Assembly (NCBI GenBank): GCA_964016885.1 | Contig: CAXHJY010000941.1 | Span: 124,001 to 188,000, forward strand | Source: Eledone cirrhosa | Taxonomy: Eukaryota | Direction: 5' to 3' | Length of the DNA stretch: 64,000 nt | Position numbers and translations under genes: made by a program | Shown: piece after piece, positions 1 through 13,993 of the stretch | Layout of the letters: each line of letters opens with the position of its first letter | How positions within the stretch are numbered: position 1 is the stretch's first letter | The notes under the pieces: generated by a model | What the model was told of the DNA's origin: nothing | The model's database searches: none | What the model saw: only the letters and a program-made list of their open reading frames with translations

Positions 1-686
1 ACCAGCACTCCCACCATTATCACCACCACCACTCCCACCATTATCACCACCAACACTGCCACCATTATCACCACCAACACTGTCACCATTATCATCACCA
101 GCACTCCCACCATTATCACCACCACCACTCCCACCATTATCACCACCAACACTGTCACCATTATCACCACAACACTCCCACCATTATCACCACCACCACT
201 CCCACCATTATCACCACCAACACTGCCACCATTATCACCACCACCACTCCCACCATTATCACCACCAGCACTGCCACCATTATCATCACCAGCACTGCCA
301 CCATTATCACCACCACTACTCCCACCATTATCACCACCAACACTGCCACCATTATCACCACCAGCTCTCCCACCATTATCACCACCAGCACTCCCACCAT
401 TATCACCACCAACACTCCCACCATTATCACCACCAGCACTCCCACCATTATCACTACCAGCACTCCCACCATTATCACCACCAACACTCCCACCATTATC
501 ACCACCAACACTCCCACCATTATCACTACCAGCACTCCCACCATTATCACCACCAGCACTGCCACCATTATCACCACCAACACTGCCACCATTATCACCA
601 CCAACACTCCCACCATTATCACCACCAACACTCCCACCATTATCACCACCAACACTCCCACCATTATCACCACCAGCACTCCCACC
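1..686. repeat. 24-bp minisatellite, consensus ACCACCAACACTCCCACCATTATC, runs off the left edge
   Basis: About 28 near-identical tandem 24-mers; accounts for ORF 164..685. Confidence 0.95.
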
Positions 687-774
687 TTTACAACAGTACC
701 CTATGTCCATGAAAACATTATCTTGTGGTTGAACTACATAATGTAACCTTCTTAATTACGTTTGGGTAGCATTT

Positions 775-958
775 GGATTGGCAGTATCGGTAGAGGGTCG
801 TACGCGATGCTTTGACACATAGAGTTATGTCCCTTGCCATTCTGAGTTCAAATCCCGCCTAGGTTAACTTTGCCTTTCATCCTTACAGGGTCGATAAAGT
901 AAAGTACCAGTAATGCACTGGGTATTTGCTGGCCGTGTGCCAAAAGTAGAAACAATTA
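775..958 (+). mobile_element. tRNA-derived SINE, family A (Deu/Nin-like central domain)
   Basis: Box A-like TGGCAGTATCGG, box B GAGTTCAAATCC, central GCCTTTCATCCTTACAGGGTCGATAAA, tail GTAGAAACAATTA; about 10 copies in the window. Domain name is from recall of SINE motifs. Confidence 0.85.
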
Positions 959-1045
959 TATTTGAATAAGAAATGTTATCTGTTGCCAGGTTTAACACCA
1001 CTGCCTATCTGCTGGGTGCCTTTTGCAAGCATTTTCTCGTCTAAC

Positions 1046-1368
1046 ACACGTGGACATGCCTACAAAATCAGAGAACAGCACAGCTCCCATGACTTTCGGA
1101 AACATTTTTTCACGCTCAGAGTTCAGAGTTGCTGAAGCATGGAACAAACTGCCTGCGTCAGTTGTTAGCTGCCGAGACACTGCACCTTTTAAAACCCTTA
1201 TGCTTCCCGAAATTCACCAAAACTACACCTGATGTACCCCTTTCATGCACATGCACACATGTGTATATCATGACTCATGCACTGTTCATTTTCCTGACGT
1301 TTGTACATTACCCTATGTACTGTACATACACTTTTTGATGAGTTGTAGTGCACAGAAACATTATTATT
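1046..1368 (+). mobile_element. CR1-clade LINE 3' fragment (ORF2 C-terminus plus 3' UTR)
   Basis: Translates SNTRGHAYKI...FRKHFFTLRV/AEAWNKLPASVV...FK, typical CR1 end; frameshift from a CAGAGTT duplication. Confidence 0.8.
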
Positions 1369-1596
1369 TAGTCTAGATCTAAAGTATAAGGATAACTCCC
1401 AGGTTCCTTCCTGCCAGTCTTTGAGGCCCTAAAAAAAGTCGCTTGTGCACTGCTGTTCATTCTCCAATTAACCCCTAAAGTAAGATGGGAAAAGAGATAA
1501 AATGATAAATTCCATGAAGGTTATTTAACTTTAAAATGTTTCAAATCTGTACAGGTTTCTCTGATAGTATTGATCATTAGGATATATTCTCCTTAA

Positions 1597-1805
1597 CCCT
1601 TTAATGTTCAAACCGGCCAGAACTCTCTCAATCCTTTCTGTTGAAACTGGCTGTAACTGGTTGCTCAAACTGATATTAAGGTATACTTTCAAAATAATAC
1701 TTTTAAAATCTCATAGATTCGATATTATGTGAGATAATTATGCGAGGTAAAGCCTTTACCATGAAAATATAATAGTATATATAGAGTAATGTGAATGCTA
1801 AAGGG
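1597..1805. mobile_element. piggyBac-type MITE, family 1
   Basis: TTAA|CCCTTT...AAAGGG|TTAA ends; second copy in opposite orientation at 31943-32367. Confidence 0.8.
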
Positions 1806-2115
1806 TTAATTACAAGGCCAGTATTTGTGGAAATCTCTGTATATTACACTAGTCTTATTACATATAACTGCTACTGATTTGATTCAGTCTAAAAACAGGA
1901 AATGTTAAGTAAACATTTGCCAGGGATCAAATCAATAACACTGAAGGACAACTCTAATAGAAGCCAAATCTTCATTAAATTATACACTGTTGTGTTAAAA
2001 AAGGAAGAATTCACTTGAAAATGTAGTCTTAGATATTATTTCATCCAGTGCTCTACTTATATCAACTGTGAACTTTTGGTTTATTAACAACTATTAGACA
2101 ATATTATTATACATT

Positions 2116-2502
2116 GTGAATTGGCAGTATCGGTAGAGGGTTGGACGCCATGCTTTCTAGCATAGTTACGTCCCTTTACAGTCTGAGTTCAAATCCCGCC
2201 GAGGTTAACTTTGCCTTTCATCCTTACGGGGTCGATAAAATAAAGTACCAGTAATGTACTGGGTAATTTTCTGGCCTTTTTCCTAAAGTAGAAACAATTA
2301 TTATACATTAGGATGTGGATGGGCAGTAACGGTAGAGGGTCGGATGCCATGTTTTGCAGCATAGAGTTATGGCCCTTTATGATCTGAGTTCAAATCCTGC
2401 TGAGGTTAACTTTGCCTTTCATCCTTACGGGGTCGATAAAATAAAGTACCAGTAATGCACTGGTTGTAATAGCTGGCCTTGTGCCAAAAGTAGAAACAAT
2501 TA
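2116..2502 (+). mobile_element. Tandem dimer of SINE family A
   Basis: Two full copies; ATTATTATACATT occurs before, between and after them. Confidence 0.85.
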
Positions 2503-3203
2503 TTATACATTAGTAATTGTTCTTGGGTATAATGTGGATTTTAAAAAATGTAGGGCCCATGGAAATTCAACATTTTATAAATCATTTTATTTCTATTTTA
2601 ATGAGTAAATTTATAGATCATCATAACATTGTTTCGTTATGTTAACGATTCAATTAGGCCTTTTTATTCTATAGTTAAAGTAATTTAAAGCTTGATACTC
2701 AAGCTTGTTTAATTATGAAGATTTTGATTGTAGCTTCAATTTCGTTCTATAGCTAATGCTATTTAAGTGTAACATTCGAACACATATCATGACAATCAGA
2801 ATAATACTATAAATAATCATAGTTTAAACCTTACTACATCCATCATGTGTGCCCCTGAGAAAAGAACACAACTCTTCTTGCTTTCATTTGTCTGAATGAC
2901 AAATGATTCCTCTCTTTTACATCTCAGTTGATAGCAGTTAGCAATAAAAACTACATAAATCATCCCACTAATTTGGAATGGAAAAATGTATACAAAAGAT
3001 CAAAAGATCAATATAAAAAAAAAAATTGATAGAGCAGATGAAATAACTGAGATGTTAAGAACTTGGCATTTTGTCCCTGAAGAAGGAGGTAGAGTGGGTG
3101 TCACTGGCTATTCTCTGAAGCAGTACCTTCACCGTTTTGTCTGCGGAGAACAGCTTCCGGTGGGGATAGGTTGAAAAGAGATGGCTTCTGACCCTATGAG
3201 ATA

Positions 3204-3454
3204 TTAACACTTTTGATATTAAACTGCCTGATATGTCTGGTTCTACGAAAAGGAAAAACTGTTTATGCTTAAGTATTCAAAATTCTAGAAAAAAAAAATC
3301 ATAATTATCAGAAAACATTTGTTATATTCTTAACAGTTTATAATGAGAAAATTAGTTGTATTATTAAATCCCTCCAGATTGTTGATTATTTTCAAAATAA
3401 TTTGAAGCACATAGGTAGAGTCTTTCATTAGAAATATGTTAATGAAATGGTTAA
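3204..3454. mobile_element. Degenerate piggyBac-type MITE, family 2 (related copies near 11270-11450, 32560-32795, 41319-41545, 49018-49244)
   Basis: TTAA-bounded ends of the type TTAACxCTTT...AAAAGGGTTAA and shared internal sequence among copies. Confidence 0.55.
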
Positions 3455-4296
3455 GCACACACTATGAATACATACACATAGTGCAGAGATAGGTAATATT
3501 TGGAAATAATCAGATTTGTTAGTAGTTTTCTAGTATACTCCAGAGATACAGCTTTATGTAGTTTATTATATATAGTAGCTTTTGTCTAGTTTATTATATA
3601 TAGTAGGTTTCTCGTATATGTATTATAATGAATTGAAAAACTTGACTTAATTGAGGTTTTCCTAGACAAAACCTCCCTCTAGGGATGTTTAATATCTAAA
3701 AACAACAACCAAGTGTGATAACTCCAAATATATTAGCCAACCCAAATATTTACAAAATAAAAGCAATACAGATAGGATTGGATCTTGTCTTTAAAGCGAA
3801 CTTGTGAGAGCAATGGACATATATATTCAGATCAGTTGGCAAGACTTAGAAGTGATCAATATATATAGAAATAGAGGGAATATTTTGGCGCTATTGCCTG
3901 GCTTGACTTGCTAAAAGTGAATACTTAACAAAAGAATGTGAGCAGGGAAGTAGTTCTAGAAGGATACAATTAATTATTATCAGTGATGAGACACTGAAAT
4001 GTCTGTAGGATGTTTGATAGAATTTATGACCAGCTAAATGGTGGAATAAATAGAGAACTACTTGAGTCAAAAATATCTCCCGATTCTGCCAAAAAACGTC
4101 CACTTTATTGCATTGAATTGAAGTAGGTCTGTTTCTGGAGAATATTCTGATGGTATTTTTAGAGAGATTCTCTTAAAATGTTAGCTTCAATTAACAAGTT
4201 CAGTAGAGACAGAGATCAGTGTGATTGGATGGTTTTTTAAAACTAAATTATTAATATACATATAATTGTTTTAAACATATTTATCACCATCATAAT

Positions 4297-4643
4297 GGAG
4301 GCACATGGCTTAGTTGTTAGAGCATTGGCTTTGCAATCGAAAGGTTGTGAGTTCAATTCTCAGACTGGGTGATGTGTTGTTTCCTTGAGCAAGACACTTT
4401 ATTTCACATTGCTCCAGTTTACTCAGCTGTAGAAATGAGATGATAGGGACTGGGATCCATATCATTCCACTGCAAAGTGGTTGTGGAGGTGCCACAGCAA
4501 AAAAGCACCCAGCACTCACTGTAAATGAGGTTGGTGTTAGGAAGGGCATCCAGCTGTAGAAATCAAGCCAGAATCAGTTCCCGTCCCACCCTTGCAAGCA
4601 GGGAAAAGCGGACATAAAAATGAAATGAAAAAAAAAATGAAAA
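4297..4643 (+). mobile_element. tRNA-derived CORE-like SINE, family B, with RTE-derived 3' tail
   Basis: tRNA head TGGCTTAGTTG...GAGTTCAATTC; CORE-like CTTGAGCAAGACACTT...CTCAGCTGTAGAAATGAG; tail matches the LINE end at 58748-58803. Confidence 0.85.
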
Positions 4644-5279
4644 TAATGCATGACCAACTACCTCTACTATGTGATATAGGGACGCCAATGACAGTATTTA
4701 TGTGTTTGCTCAGTATACTAGAAATAGCAGTCAAATTTGCCTTAAATTGCATCCTACAATCTTAAAAAAGGACACAATGGGCTCTATGCACATAGGAAAA
4801 AGACAGGATGGTTAAGGAGGGAGTACTTTTCTTTCTAGGTCTGTCCAAACAGGGCTGACTTTGGGATAAATAACAACAAAATAATGAACACTATGTTGGA
4901 CACATTGCTGTCACCACCACGATAAATTCACCATAATGTCATAGCACCATCTCTTATACTATTTATATGATTATGTGAACATCATTGAGTATATGAAACA
5001 TCTTTGCTTAGTCCATCTTTGCTTAGTCATTCAATCTGTTAAAAATAGTTGCCATATTCCCGAAAGGAAGTTTACATTGATCAATGTAGTCCAAGATATA
5101 CAAAAAAAGACCAAGATGGTCACAGCTGAAACAATTTTGATCATAGTTCTGCTCATTCTTTACTAAGTTGGAGTTAAGAAAACAACTACAGTAACAACAT
5201 CAGCAACAACCATCATCATTATATTGCACTATCAATATATCACATTTTCATCAAAGCCATGTACACTGAATGTTTCAGC

Positions 5280-5760
5280 TCTCCTTCCAGCATGACAGTA
5301 GTGCCTGGCTGGACACCATACCCTCATTGTCAACTTATACCCAGTGCCAATTGCTTTCCAAGACAGACAGCTCTCAATAAGACCATTAAATATGGCTTAG
5401 ACACTGTCTTCCAATTGCAGATGGAACTGGTGGAGTTTGACTGATGGGACAGCAAAAAGCTGGTCATCATTTAAATCCTGGTGAAATCACCATTAGATCT
5501 GTGTTTTGTTGTCCAACAAGCTGACAATCTACCAGTCACTTTCTGATAGGCTTATCATGAAACACGTAGCAGTAGAAACACCTGGTCTCCTGGGTCCCTA
5601 AACCCCCATCACTACATACTGCAATCAGGATGGAGATGACCATTTGCAAGAACAAACCCTTCAAAGTTAACTGACCCTTTCACCACACATTCCTCAGCAT
5701 CCCCTAGGATAACACATTCACCATTCTGTTTGCCAGGACCATGAAGTGATGTCAATGAAT
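5280..5760 (+). mobile_element. Old CRE-like RLE retroelement fragment
   Basis: SANCFPRQTALNKTIKYGLD...FD*WDSKK and AVETPGLLGP align by eye to SAGRLPRHAALNEVIKHGLD...DQGDGKR and AVETSGVLGP of the 8.6-10 kb element. Confidence 0.7.
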
Positions 5761-7920
5761 TGAGCGTTATTCTTGTTACTTTGCTGAAGAGTAATGTAAG
5801 CAGCTTCAATGAATAATACATAATCTACCTTTGCTACAGCTATAACTATGTTCGCTGCTACTACAGCCATTACCAACACCAGAGCCACCACCACCTTATT
5901 CACCATTATTATTCATATTACCATTCTATTATCAGTTCCACTGTTACTATCACTACCATATATAAATAACTTTGTTTATGTAAACATTTGATCTGCTAGA
6001 AATAGAAACCAAATCTTCCCCAAACTACACTCTATCATCTTAAAAGGAAGACACATTATATAATGTAGTTTGAATTACATAATTCTTAAAAAAATTATAG
6101 GATGGCCATGTCTTGAATGCCTCTTGATCATACATCTGCTCAATCAGGGCTAACCTGGAATTAAACAACAACATCAACAGTATTCATAATGAATTCCTTC
6201 ATTTTCAAGATCACTCTCATCTCTGATACCTTTCTATTACTACTGCTCCCATCTCTAACTCCTCTTTTATGATTTTTAGTCACTTCCCTTCTAGTATTTT
6301 ATCTATTACAAGCCACCACAACCTCAGCTCTATCATTCTTTTACCAGCCACACACTTATCAACCACCACCTCTACCAGTACAAACATATCTTATCAACCA
6401 CCACTACTATTAGTATCACTACTACTAATACCTCCACTATCTATACTACCAGAACTAATATCACCTTTACTATTAGAATATTTCCTAATAAGGAAATGTT
6501 TATAGATCTACTTTTGAAAGTGACTGAAAGCATTAAAGTGATTTAGAAACACATTAACTGAAAAATGGTGAGGAGGAAAGTTGTTTTGTAAATATAATAA
6601 CAGTGTAATTAGCAAAGTTGTTAGTGTTAGATAGAATATCTTGTAGTATTTGTTTTAGCTCTCTACACTATGAGTTCAAATCCCACCGAAGTCAATTTTA
6701 CTTTTCATCCTTTTTTGGTCTATAAATAAAGTACTAATTCGGGGTAATGAATTGGCAGAACCTTTAGAGCACCAGCTAGAATTCTTTGCTGCATCTGTGC
6801 TAGTACTTAGCATTTTGATGGCAAAGATACTTGTGCTAAGCTGCATTGGTTTTCTCTTGATGCTGAAAGTAAATGTAATAAGAAGGACTCTTTTAGGCTC
6901 CCCAGAATGAACAAGATATGTTGAGTGTCTGAAAACCTTACAAGTGGTGGTACCAGTGTAAAGAGTTAGTTGTTCGAACATAGACAATATAGGATAGAGA
7001 GGACTCTTCAATTTGGCCAAAAATATGACAACCTTTCTAGTACTGGTGTCATGATAAAGGCAGCTGGTGCACTCTGTAAAGTGGTTATTATTAGGAAGGG
7101 CATCTAGCCATAGAAGCTAAAATATGGAATGCATGATCAAGACATGGTCCCCTGAGTATTTTAGTTTTGGACTGTGACAATCCATCCAACCCTTGCCAAT
7201 ATCAAAAGCAGACATAAATTCATCATGATAATGATGTGGTTTAGATCACAAGAGAATAGAATTGGGGGATAGTATCATCATCATCATCATTACTAACACC
7301 ATTGCTATCTTCATCACCCAAAGCACCATCACTGTTGTTTTGTCACTGTTATTCCTATCTCCATCTTCAGCTTTTTTTTTTCATCATCTTCATTATTATC
7401 TATTTCCAATATTATCATTATTTTTTCCCCACCACTTTCATCTATTTTACCATTTTTGCAATGGTTAGAAAGACGAAAATATATATTAAAGCTTGAACTT
7501 ATAATCCTAGCTGAATTAGCTGAAAGTTTTGGAGATGTAGTATGTCTGTAATATCAATAACTACTTAAGAATTATAACCAAAACAAACACAGATTTTCTT
7601 TATTTGTATTATTTCATAAGTTTTGATCTTATATCATGTCCTTGGCAAGTAAAATGAATGCTTGTTTTATGTCATTTTGTCAAAATATTTTAAGTGACAT
7701 ACAGTTAGTTACATATGAGTATGAGGAAATATAGAATCCATTAACTCGATTTGAAATAGAAATGTTCATTATTTACTTTCATTTGTACATTGTTGGTTAT
7801 TCAATTCATGGGTGGAAGTGAATAATGCCAAGTTCATAACAATGCTGGTTGTTATAGATGTTGATCTATATGTAGTATTGCTTAAATCCATGTTTCTTAT
7901 TGATTACACATTCTGCGTAG

Positions 7921-8037
7921 GTTTCTTCTTTGGAACTCAACAATAGAACAGCGTATAAACTTAAGAGAAATGTTTGGACAATTTCAAATGATAGCCAAAG
8001 AATTGAGCTGGCTATAAAATGTTGCATTGATCAAATA
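7921..8037 (+). CDS. Candidate internal coding exon of an unidentified host gene (VSSLELNNRTAYKLKRNVWTISNDSQRIELAIKCCIDQI)
   Basis: Non-repetitive; ttctgcgtag acceptor, gtgagc donor; 117 nt open, phase 0-0. No homology recognised. Confidence 0.3.
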
Positions 8038-8599
8038 GTGAGCTACTGCTATCGACTGTTTTGGTAATGTACGAAAATCTATACGGGGAAAAAAAAAACT
8101 GTTTATTATAAAAGTAAAATATTTCATTTACACACGCATAACATCAAACATTATTTATGAGAGGCTACAACAAACAATCCTTTTCTGCTAGGAATAATGT
8201 TTTGAGATGAATTTAAAACTAAAAAAAAAAAAAAAATGCTTAAATTACTAATTCTTCTAGAAATTTCCTTTCCAAGTCAAATATTTTTCTTCTTAAACTA
8301 ATAGTGATACGGCAAAAGATTTTAGGGGAGGAAAAAGTTGATTATACTTTATTTTATTGATTCAGGAAACATGAAAAGCAAATTTAACTCCAGTAAGATT
8401 TGAACTCAGAATATACAAAGTTGGAACAAACACCACAAAGCATCTTATCTAAAGCTGAGCCAATATTAAAACAACAAAAATAATATATACCTATACAAAC
8501 TGAAAGACATGGTATAATAATGGGAGGACTTAAACGACATGCAAAAGTACCTGAAATCCAACCACAGTCAGCTATTGGCACATATTCTTCATTGACCAT

Positions 8600-10050
8600 A
8601 CTTAAATATGGAATGATATGTGTTGGGGTCCCCCCACAGCCCCGGTGGGCATGATGGAGAAGGCGTTTCTCTGGAGGATGGCAAAGGAGACACACTGGAA
8701 AAGCCACTCCAACTCTTGGGGCTCACACCTGCGGCTGGCCAGCTCAGCACCTATGGTGGTGAGTAGAGAGGTAGCCCTAGGGCCGAGGACACCAGAAGTC
8801 TCCACTGCCAGGGGTACAACTGCAAACCTGTCGGAGAGCGACCAGTATTTGAGGAGTTTGGCCTCCTCAGCCTGATGTGCAGCAGAACCTGGGTTAGTCG
8901 CTGACTGCACCAGGTTGCGGCTGCAGAAAGTGTTGGTGCAAGTGGCATCCCGGACGAGGGTTTTGCCACTACGGAATGGGAAGATGGTCATGCCATCTGG
9001 CCTTTTGCCATCCCCTTGGTCCAGCCCCACTGTCTCGAGCTGGAAAGGAAAGCCTGCAACGTCCAAGCCATGCTTTATGACCTCATTGAGGGCAGCATGG
9101 CGTGGAAGGCGGCCGGCACTGTGGCAACTGGAAAGTGGGTGAATCCGCAGCGACATTGGTGTGACTCGCAGATCCGGAGGCCGAGCCTCAAGGAAACACC
9201 AATGTGCAGGCTATTGTTGTTTAGCAGCGTGCCAGTGGAGAAGGAGGGCAGGGCATGAAGCCAGGCACCACTGTGGGGTTTGGAGTCTGCACAAAAACAG
9301 GCAAGGCGGTGCTGGTCAAGCTGGCGTGTGAGCCTGTCTGAGGCCAGGTTGCACTGGATGGCATCCCAAGTGCTTTGGGGTGACTTGACATCAACAGGGG
9401 GAGAAGGAGGAGGGACGTCTACTGGGCTAAGTTCCAGCCAGTCCCACGTCTCATAGGCGGCCTCACATTCTCTGAACACAGAGGGTTCTATTGTTTAGAA
9501 GAACCCTGCTGACCAGGACACAGCACAGGGTTACCGACAAAAGATACGCCGGCAAAGCCAGTGAGATCAGGGACCGGAGGCCAAGGCCGCCATACCTGAC
9601 AATTAAAGTGGCCTGTTGCCATCTAATGTCATCAAACTTGACGTTGCATATCTCCTTGGCTGCTGCTCGGATACAAGTATCGAGGTCAGCGAGGAGAGAT
9701 GTGTGGGTGTAGCACGGAGCACTTGAAGGGTATAGAGGAGCTTTGGCATGGCGAAGCAGTTCCTCAACAGAAAGAGAGCTGGGTGGCCGTCGATCAAGCC
9801 CAGTTGGCTCGTGAGAGTCTGGAGTTGTTGAAGCCTTGACTCGAGTTGACCTGGAGGCCGATTCCCGCCAGGGCAGGAACCACCAATTGTAGGTCATGGC
9901 AGACAGTCTGTATGAGCCCGCCCAACGTAGCATCATCCAGATACTAAACATTGAGAGGGGCCGTGATACTCTGGGCGATGTGGTCTATACCAAGGGCAAA
10001 CAGGAGGGGTCCCAAAGGGTCACCCTGTTGGACTCCAGTGGCCGAAGGTA
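8600..10050 (-). mobile_element. 5'-truncated CRE-like non-LTR retrotransposon (RT, zinc knuckle and RLE endonuclease), pseudogenised
   Basis: RT motifs GVQQGDPLGPLLF and NV*YLDD near 9920-10040; QQATLIVRYGGLGL; SGAWL; CRCG..H; RH..N; KRPDG...DAT; AVETSG. Confidence 0.88.
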
Positions 10051-12113
10051 TAATAACAAATATATGAGGTGCACGTATACTAGGATGGGATTGTATTTAC
10101 AATATATTTGTAGCTCATAAAAATAGAAAAGTGTGAAAATATGAATATTATAGTAGATAGTTTCCTATTACTTTTTAACTTCCATCTTTCTAACAAGAAT
10201 ATTCAACAGTTATTAAAATGAGATGTTTTTACAAATTGCTAAAATATGTATGTGTTGTAAGTTTTCCATATACTGATAAATATTAAATACTGAACCATAT
10301 CTTATGAGTTGTTTCCATTTTAAACAATCCAGACAGTATATTTGCTTGGGGGTGTAAGACATTGCTTATGGAAAAGCAAGCTTACAATCCATCTCCACTC
10401 ACTGTAATATTTCAACTGCTTTAATATTTATTAAGTAACAACCAAAAGGTGCTGTAGACATGATGAGGCATGTGTAATGGATTGCTGTTATGTTGTTATT
10501 TAGAATCAGGTCTGCTCCAATTGAGTTAACATAATCAACAGTGTTCCAGTCATGAATATCTTGTGTTTTCATACAATTAGTTTATTTTCCAATGCCTGCA
10601 CTTCCTTTTTCAAGATGGTAAGGTGTAATTTGAGAGAGATTTGGTTGCTATTTTTAGCAATCAAGAATCTTTGGCAAAGAATGAAATCATTATCAGTAAT
10701 AGTAGTAGTAGTAGTAGTTTATGCTGTTTAGCCTGAGTTAAACCCTGAATGAACAGATCTATGATCAAAGGCACTGCAGATATGACCATCCCATCTTTTT
10801 CCTGTGTGTAAAGGCATCTACATCTATTATCCAAAATGTTTGATTTTAAGGTGGTAAGGATATGATTTAAGAGATATTTGGCTGCAATATTTAGCAGGTT
10901 GAACGACCATGGAAAGGTTCCTTTCTTGTCTCATATAGCTGGCTCATTGTTAGAGGTGTTGTGTGTTATTGCTGTTAGAGTTGTTGATCCTACCATTGTT
11001 ATTGATGTTGCTCTTGTTACAGTTGTCCTTGTGACTAACATTGCTGTTTAATTGTTGTTATTTTGTTAATTATTTCTTCATCATCGTCATCATTGTTTTT
11101 ACACTGACTTTTCTATATTGGTTTGGTCAGGACTTTTGGAGGCAATGTTTCAGTCAGATGCCTATCATGACACCAACCATTTTAGTGGCTTCTTATGACA
11201 TACAAGGATATTTGTTCTTTAAAAATCAACAACACTACAAATATTGAAAAGGATATTGTTGTTGTTTAAGCCTTTCATTACCATATAAGAGACATTACCT
11301 ATTACTTTCAAATCATTTTGAAAATAATTAAGAATTTGGAGAGATTTAGTAATGTAGTTAACATTTTCTTTATCAAGCTGGTGTTGAGAATATAATGTAA
11401 AGGTTTTTTTATATATAATACAAGGCTTTTAGATAAACACTTTGAATTAAATAATTTTGTATCTTGAGAGGTTGCCCAGTACTCCTCGCAACGCTGCTGT
11501 CTTTTGCTCTGGTGTTGGCTCAGTTGTTCACCCCTTCCTTTACATTTTCTTTAATATTGCAACATTAAAAGAATATATCCTTCTGAAAGAATCGCGAGCA
11601 ATTTGTGGTGTTGTCTGGGCATTTGTAATGTTATTTATGTATATATTTAAAACATATTTGTTATGTTATTCTACTGTAAATTTATGCTTTGTATATATCA
11701 TATGTGTTCATATTTTCACTCCCATTTGTAACGTTATTTAATTACAGACAAAATAAAAAAATTCCAGGTCTATTTTGTATATCTATGATTACATTCACCT
11801 TTTAAAGAGGGTAGGGTGAGTTTGACAGATTTTGTTCTTATTTCTAGCATGCCAGGTGACTGCATAGGGACTTTCTTGGGGGAAGATAATAATGTTACTA
11901 TTTTGATGATTCTGTAGTTGTTACTCTGTGCATCTACTTTTTCAAGACACTAAGGTGAAATTCGAGAGAGATTTGGTTGCTGTTTTTAGCATATTGAGTG
12001 ACTATGTAGGGACTCCCTGGCAAAGAATGAAATCATTAGCAAGGATTAACAGTGTCTGAAGAAAAATAAGATGAATGGCATCAAGCTAAAATATATATTA
12101 AAGTAATGGGACA

Positions 12114-12298
12114 TTGAATTGGCAGTATCGGTAGAGGATCGGACACCATGCTTTAACACATAGAGTTATGGCCCTTTCCATTCTGAGTTCAAATCCCACC
12201 GAGGTTAACTTTGCCTTTCATCCTTACAGGGTCGATAAAATAAAGTACCAGTAATGCACTGGGTAATTTGTTGGCCTTGTGCTAAAAGTAGAAACATT
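12114..12298 (+). mobile_element. SINE family A
   Basis: Full-length match to 775-958. Confidence 0.85.
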
Positions 12299-12687
12299 AA
12301 GAACAATTACAAGGATTACCATCTTACTAACTGCATCACCATAGATGTAGAAATAGTATGACAAAAAGCACACTATAAACGCTACTGCACCACTACCTCT
12401 AACACTTAGCAATAGCATCAACAACAGTAACAATAGAGGTAATAATACTAACAACAATGGCATTAGAAATATATTACTATAAACAACAGCAACAAAAAAC
12501 AAAACATTAGGATTATATATGAACAACCTCAATAACGAATTAAAGTAGCTAATCTGGTATTAACTGTAAATTATTAAAGCTTCTTTACCAATATCTTAAG
12601 AGAGTTCTCCAAAATCGATTTGAAGATATCGATATGAGTTTAGTATAGTGGGTGTGTGGGAGTGTATAGTGGCATATGGTAGTGTAT

Positions 12688-12880
12688 GGTTGTTGTTGTT
12701 TAACCCCAGGTCAACCCTGATCCAGCAGAAACTCTGATCAAAGATATTCCAACCATAACAACCCCTTCTTTTCTAGTGTTGTGTCGAACTACATGAACCA
12801 ATGTGTCCTTTCCTTACTTAAGATGTTAGGATATAATTTGAGGAAATTTGATTGCTATTTCTAACAGATCAAGTGACTAG
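12688..12880 (-). repeat. Old dispersed repeat with (ACA)n end, probably an ancient SINE; related copies near 4710-4880, 5985-6175, 10490-10920, 51040-51120, 53185-53310
   Basis: Shared motifs TTGTTTAACCCCAGGTCAACCCTGAT, GATCAAAG and GATTTGGCTGCTATTTCTAGCA. Confidence 0.55.
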
Positions 12881-13149
12881 TACTACTACTACTACTTTCC
12901 CTTGTCAGTTTATGGTGGTGATGTATGATGGTATGTGATGGAAGTGGTGGGTGCTGGTTGTTAAATAATTGGTGTATGAAACCACCCCTGGGTCTTACAA
13001 TACTAAGCTATTTATTTACTATTCCTCTTGTAGCTATACATTCTGTGAGTGTGTGTCAATGAAATATGTGTGTCCATATATATATACACTAGATCCGAAC
13101 ACAAAAGGGCCAAACTCCCACTGTCACTGTGTCCATCTCTCCTGCTCTC

Positions 13150-13615
13150 CCCATCTCTCACTGTTATGAGCAAATGGGGGCCCACATGCTGGCCACTCCA
13201 AGGCCCTGGTGGACAGAATAGAGAAGGTGTTTCACCGGAAGATGGTGAGGGAGACACGATGGAAGAGCCATTCCTACTCACAAGGCTCACACTTGCGAGT
13301 AGCCAACTCTATGCCAATAGTGGTGAGCAGGGAGGTGGCCCTAGGGCCAAGGACACCAGAAGTCTCCACAGACATGGGCTGAACTGCAAACCTGTCAGAG
13401 AGCGACCGATATTTGGAGAGTTTACTTTCCTCAGCTTGAAGGGCAGTAAAGCCTGGGATAGTCGCAGACTGCATCAAGTTGCTGCTGGAGAATGTGTCGC
13501 TACATGTGGCATCCCAGATGAGGGGTTTACCACTGTGGCGCAGGAAGATGGTCTTGCCATCTGGCCTTTTGCTGGGAGGGGAAGCCTGCAGCATCCAAGC
13601 CATGCTTCATGATCT
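13150..13615 (-). mobile_element. CRE-like RLE retroelement 3' fragment
   Basis: KRPDGKTIF...LIWDATCSDTF...KYRSLSDRF...SVETSGVLGP, clearly homologous to 8602..9156. Confidence 0.88.
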
Positions 13616-13962
13616 CGTCCAACTGAGGGTGCACATTTTAGCACCCAACCCCACTTGTTTCTTTACCTTACTCTTAATTACGCTTTATAAATTCTATGTA
13701 TGTATTTTGTGTATAACTGGATAATGAAGAATAGTATTAAATTCTTTGGTGATATTGATGGTAGTTAGAATGGAGCTATCCCATATCCTTTGTAGTTGAG
13801 TTGTAAGGAGTGTAGTGGTTATGGAGAGAAGATAGAGGAGTGAAAGAGAGAATACACATAAGACAGAGAGAGATAGAGAGAGAGCGTGTGTGTGAGAGGG
13901 GGAGAGAAAATAACAAAAAAGTTTCAAATAATGAGAAAATATATGATGAGAAATGAACAGAG

Positions 13963-13993
<31 letters not shown>

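Noticed and set aside
164-685. 173-aa hydrophobic repeat ORF, or Thr-rich mucin-like frame on the plus strand
   Set aside because: By-product of a 24-bp minisatellite; a 1-nt deletion near 170 breaks the frame
1-686. CRISPR-like array
   Set aside because: Contiguous units with no unique spacers, eukaryotic context, no cas genes
4297-4372. tRNA genes at SINE heads
   Set aside because: Box A and B present but no complete cloverleaf, and each continues into a SINE body
5665-5702. Minus-strand CUGAGGA...GAAA match
   Set aside because: No stem I or stem III; lies inside a CRE-like coding relic
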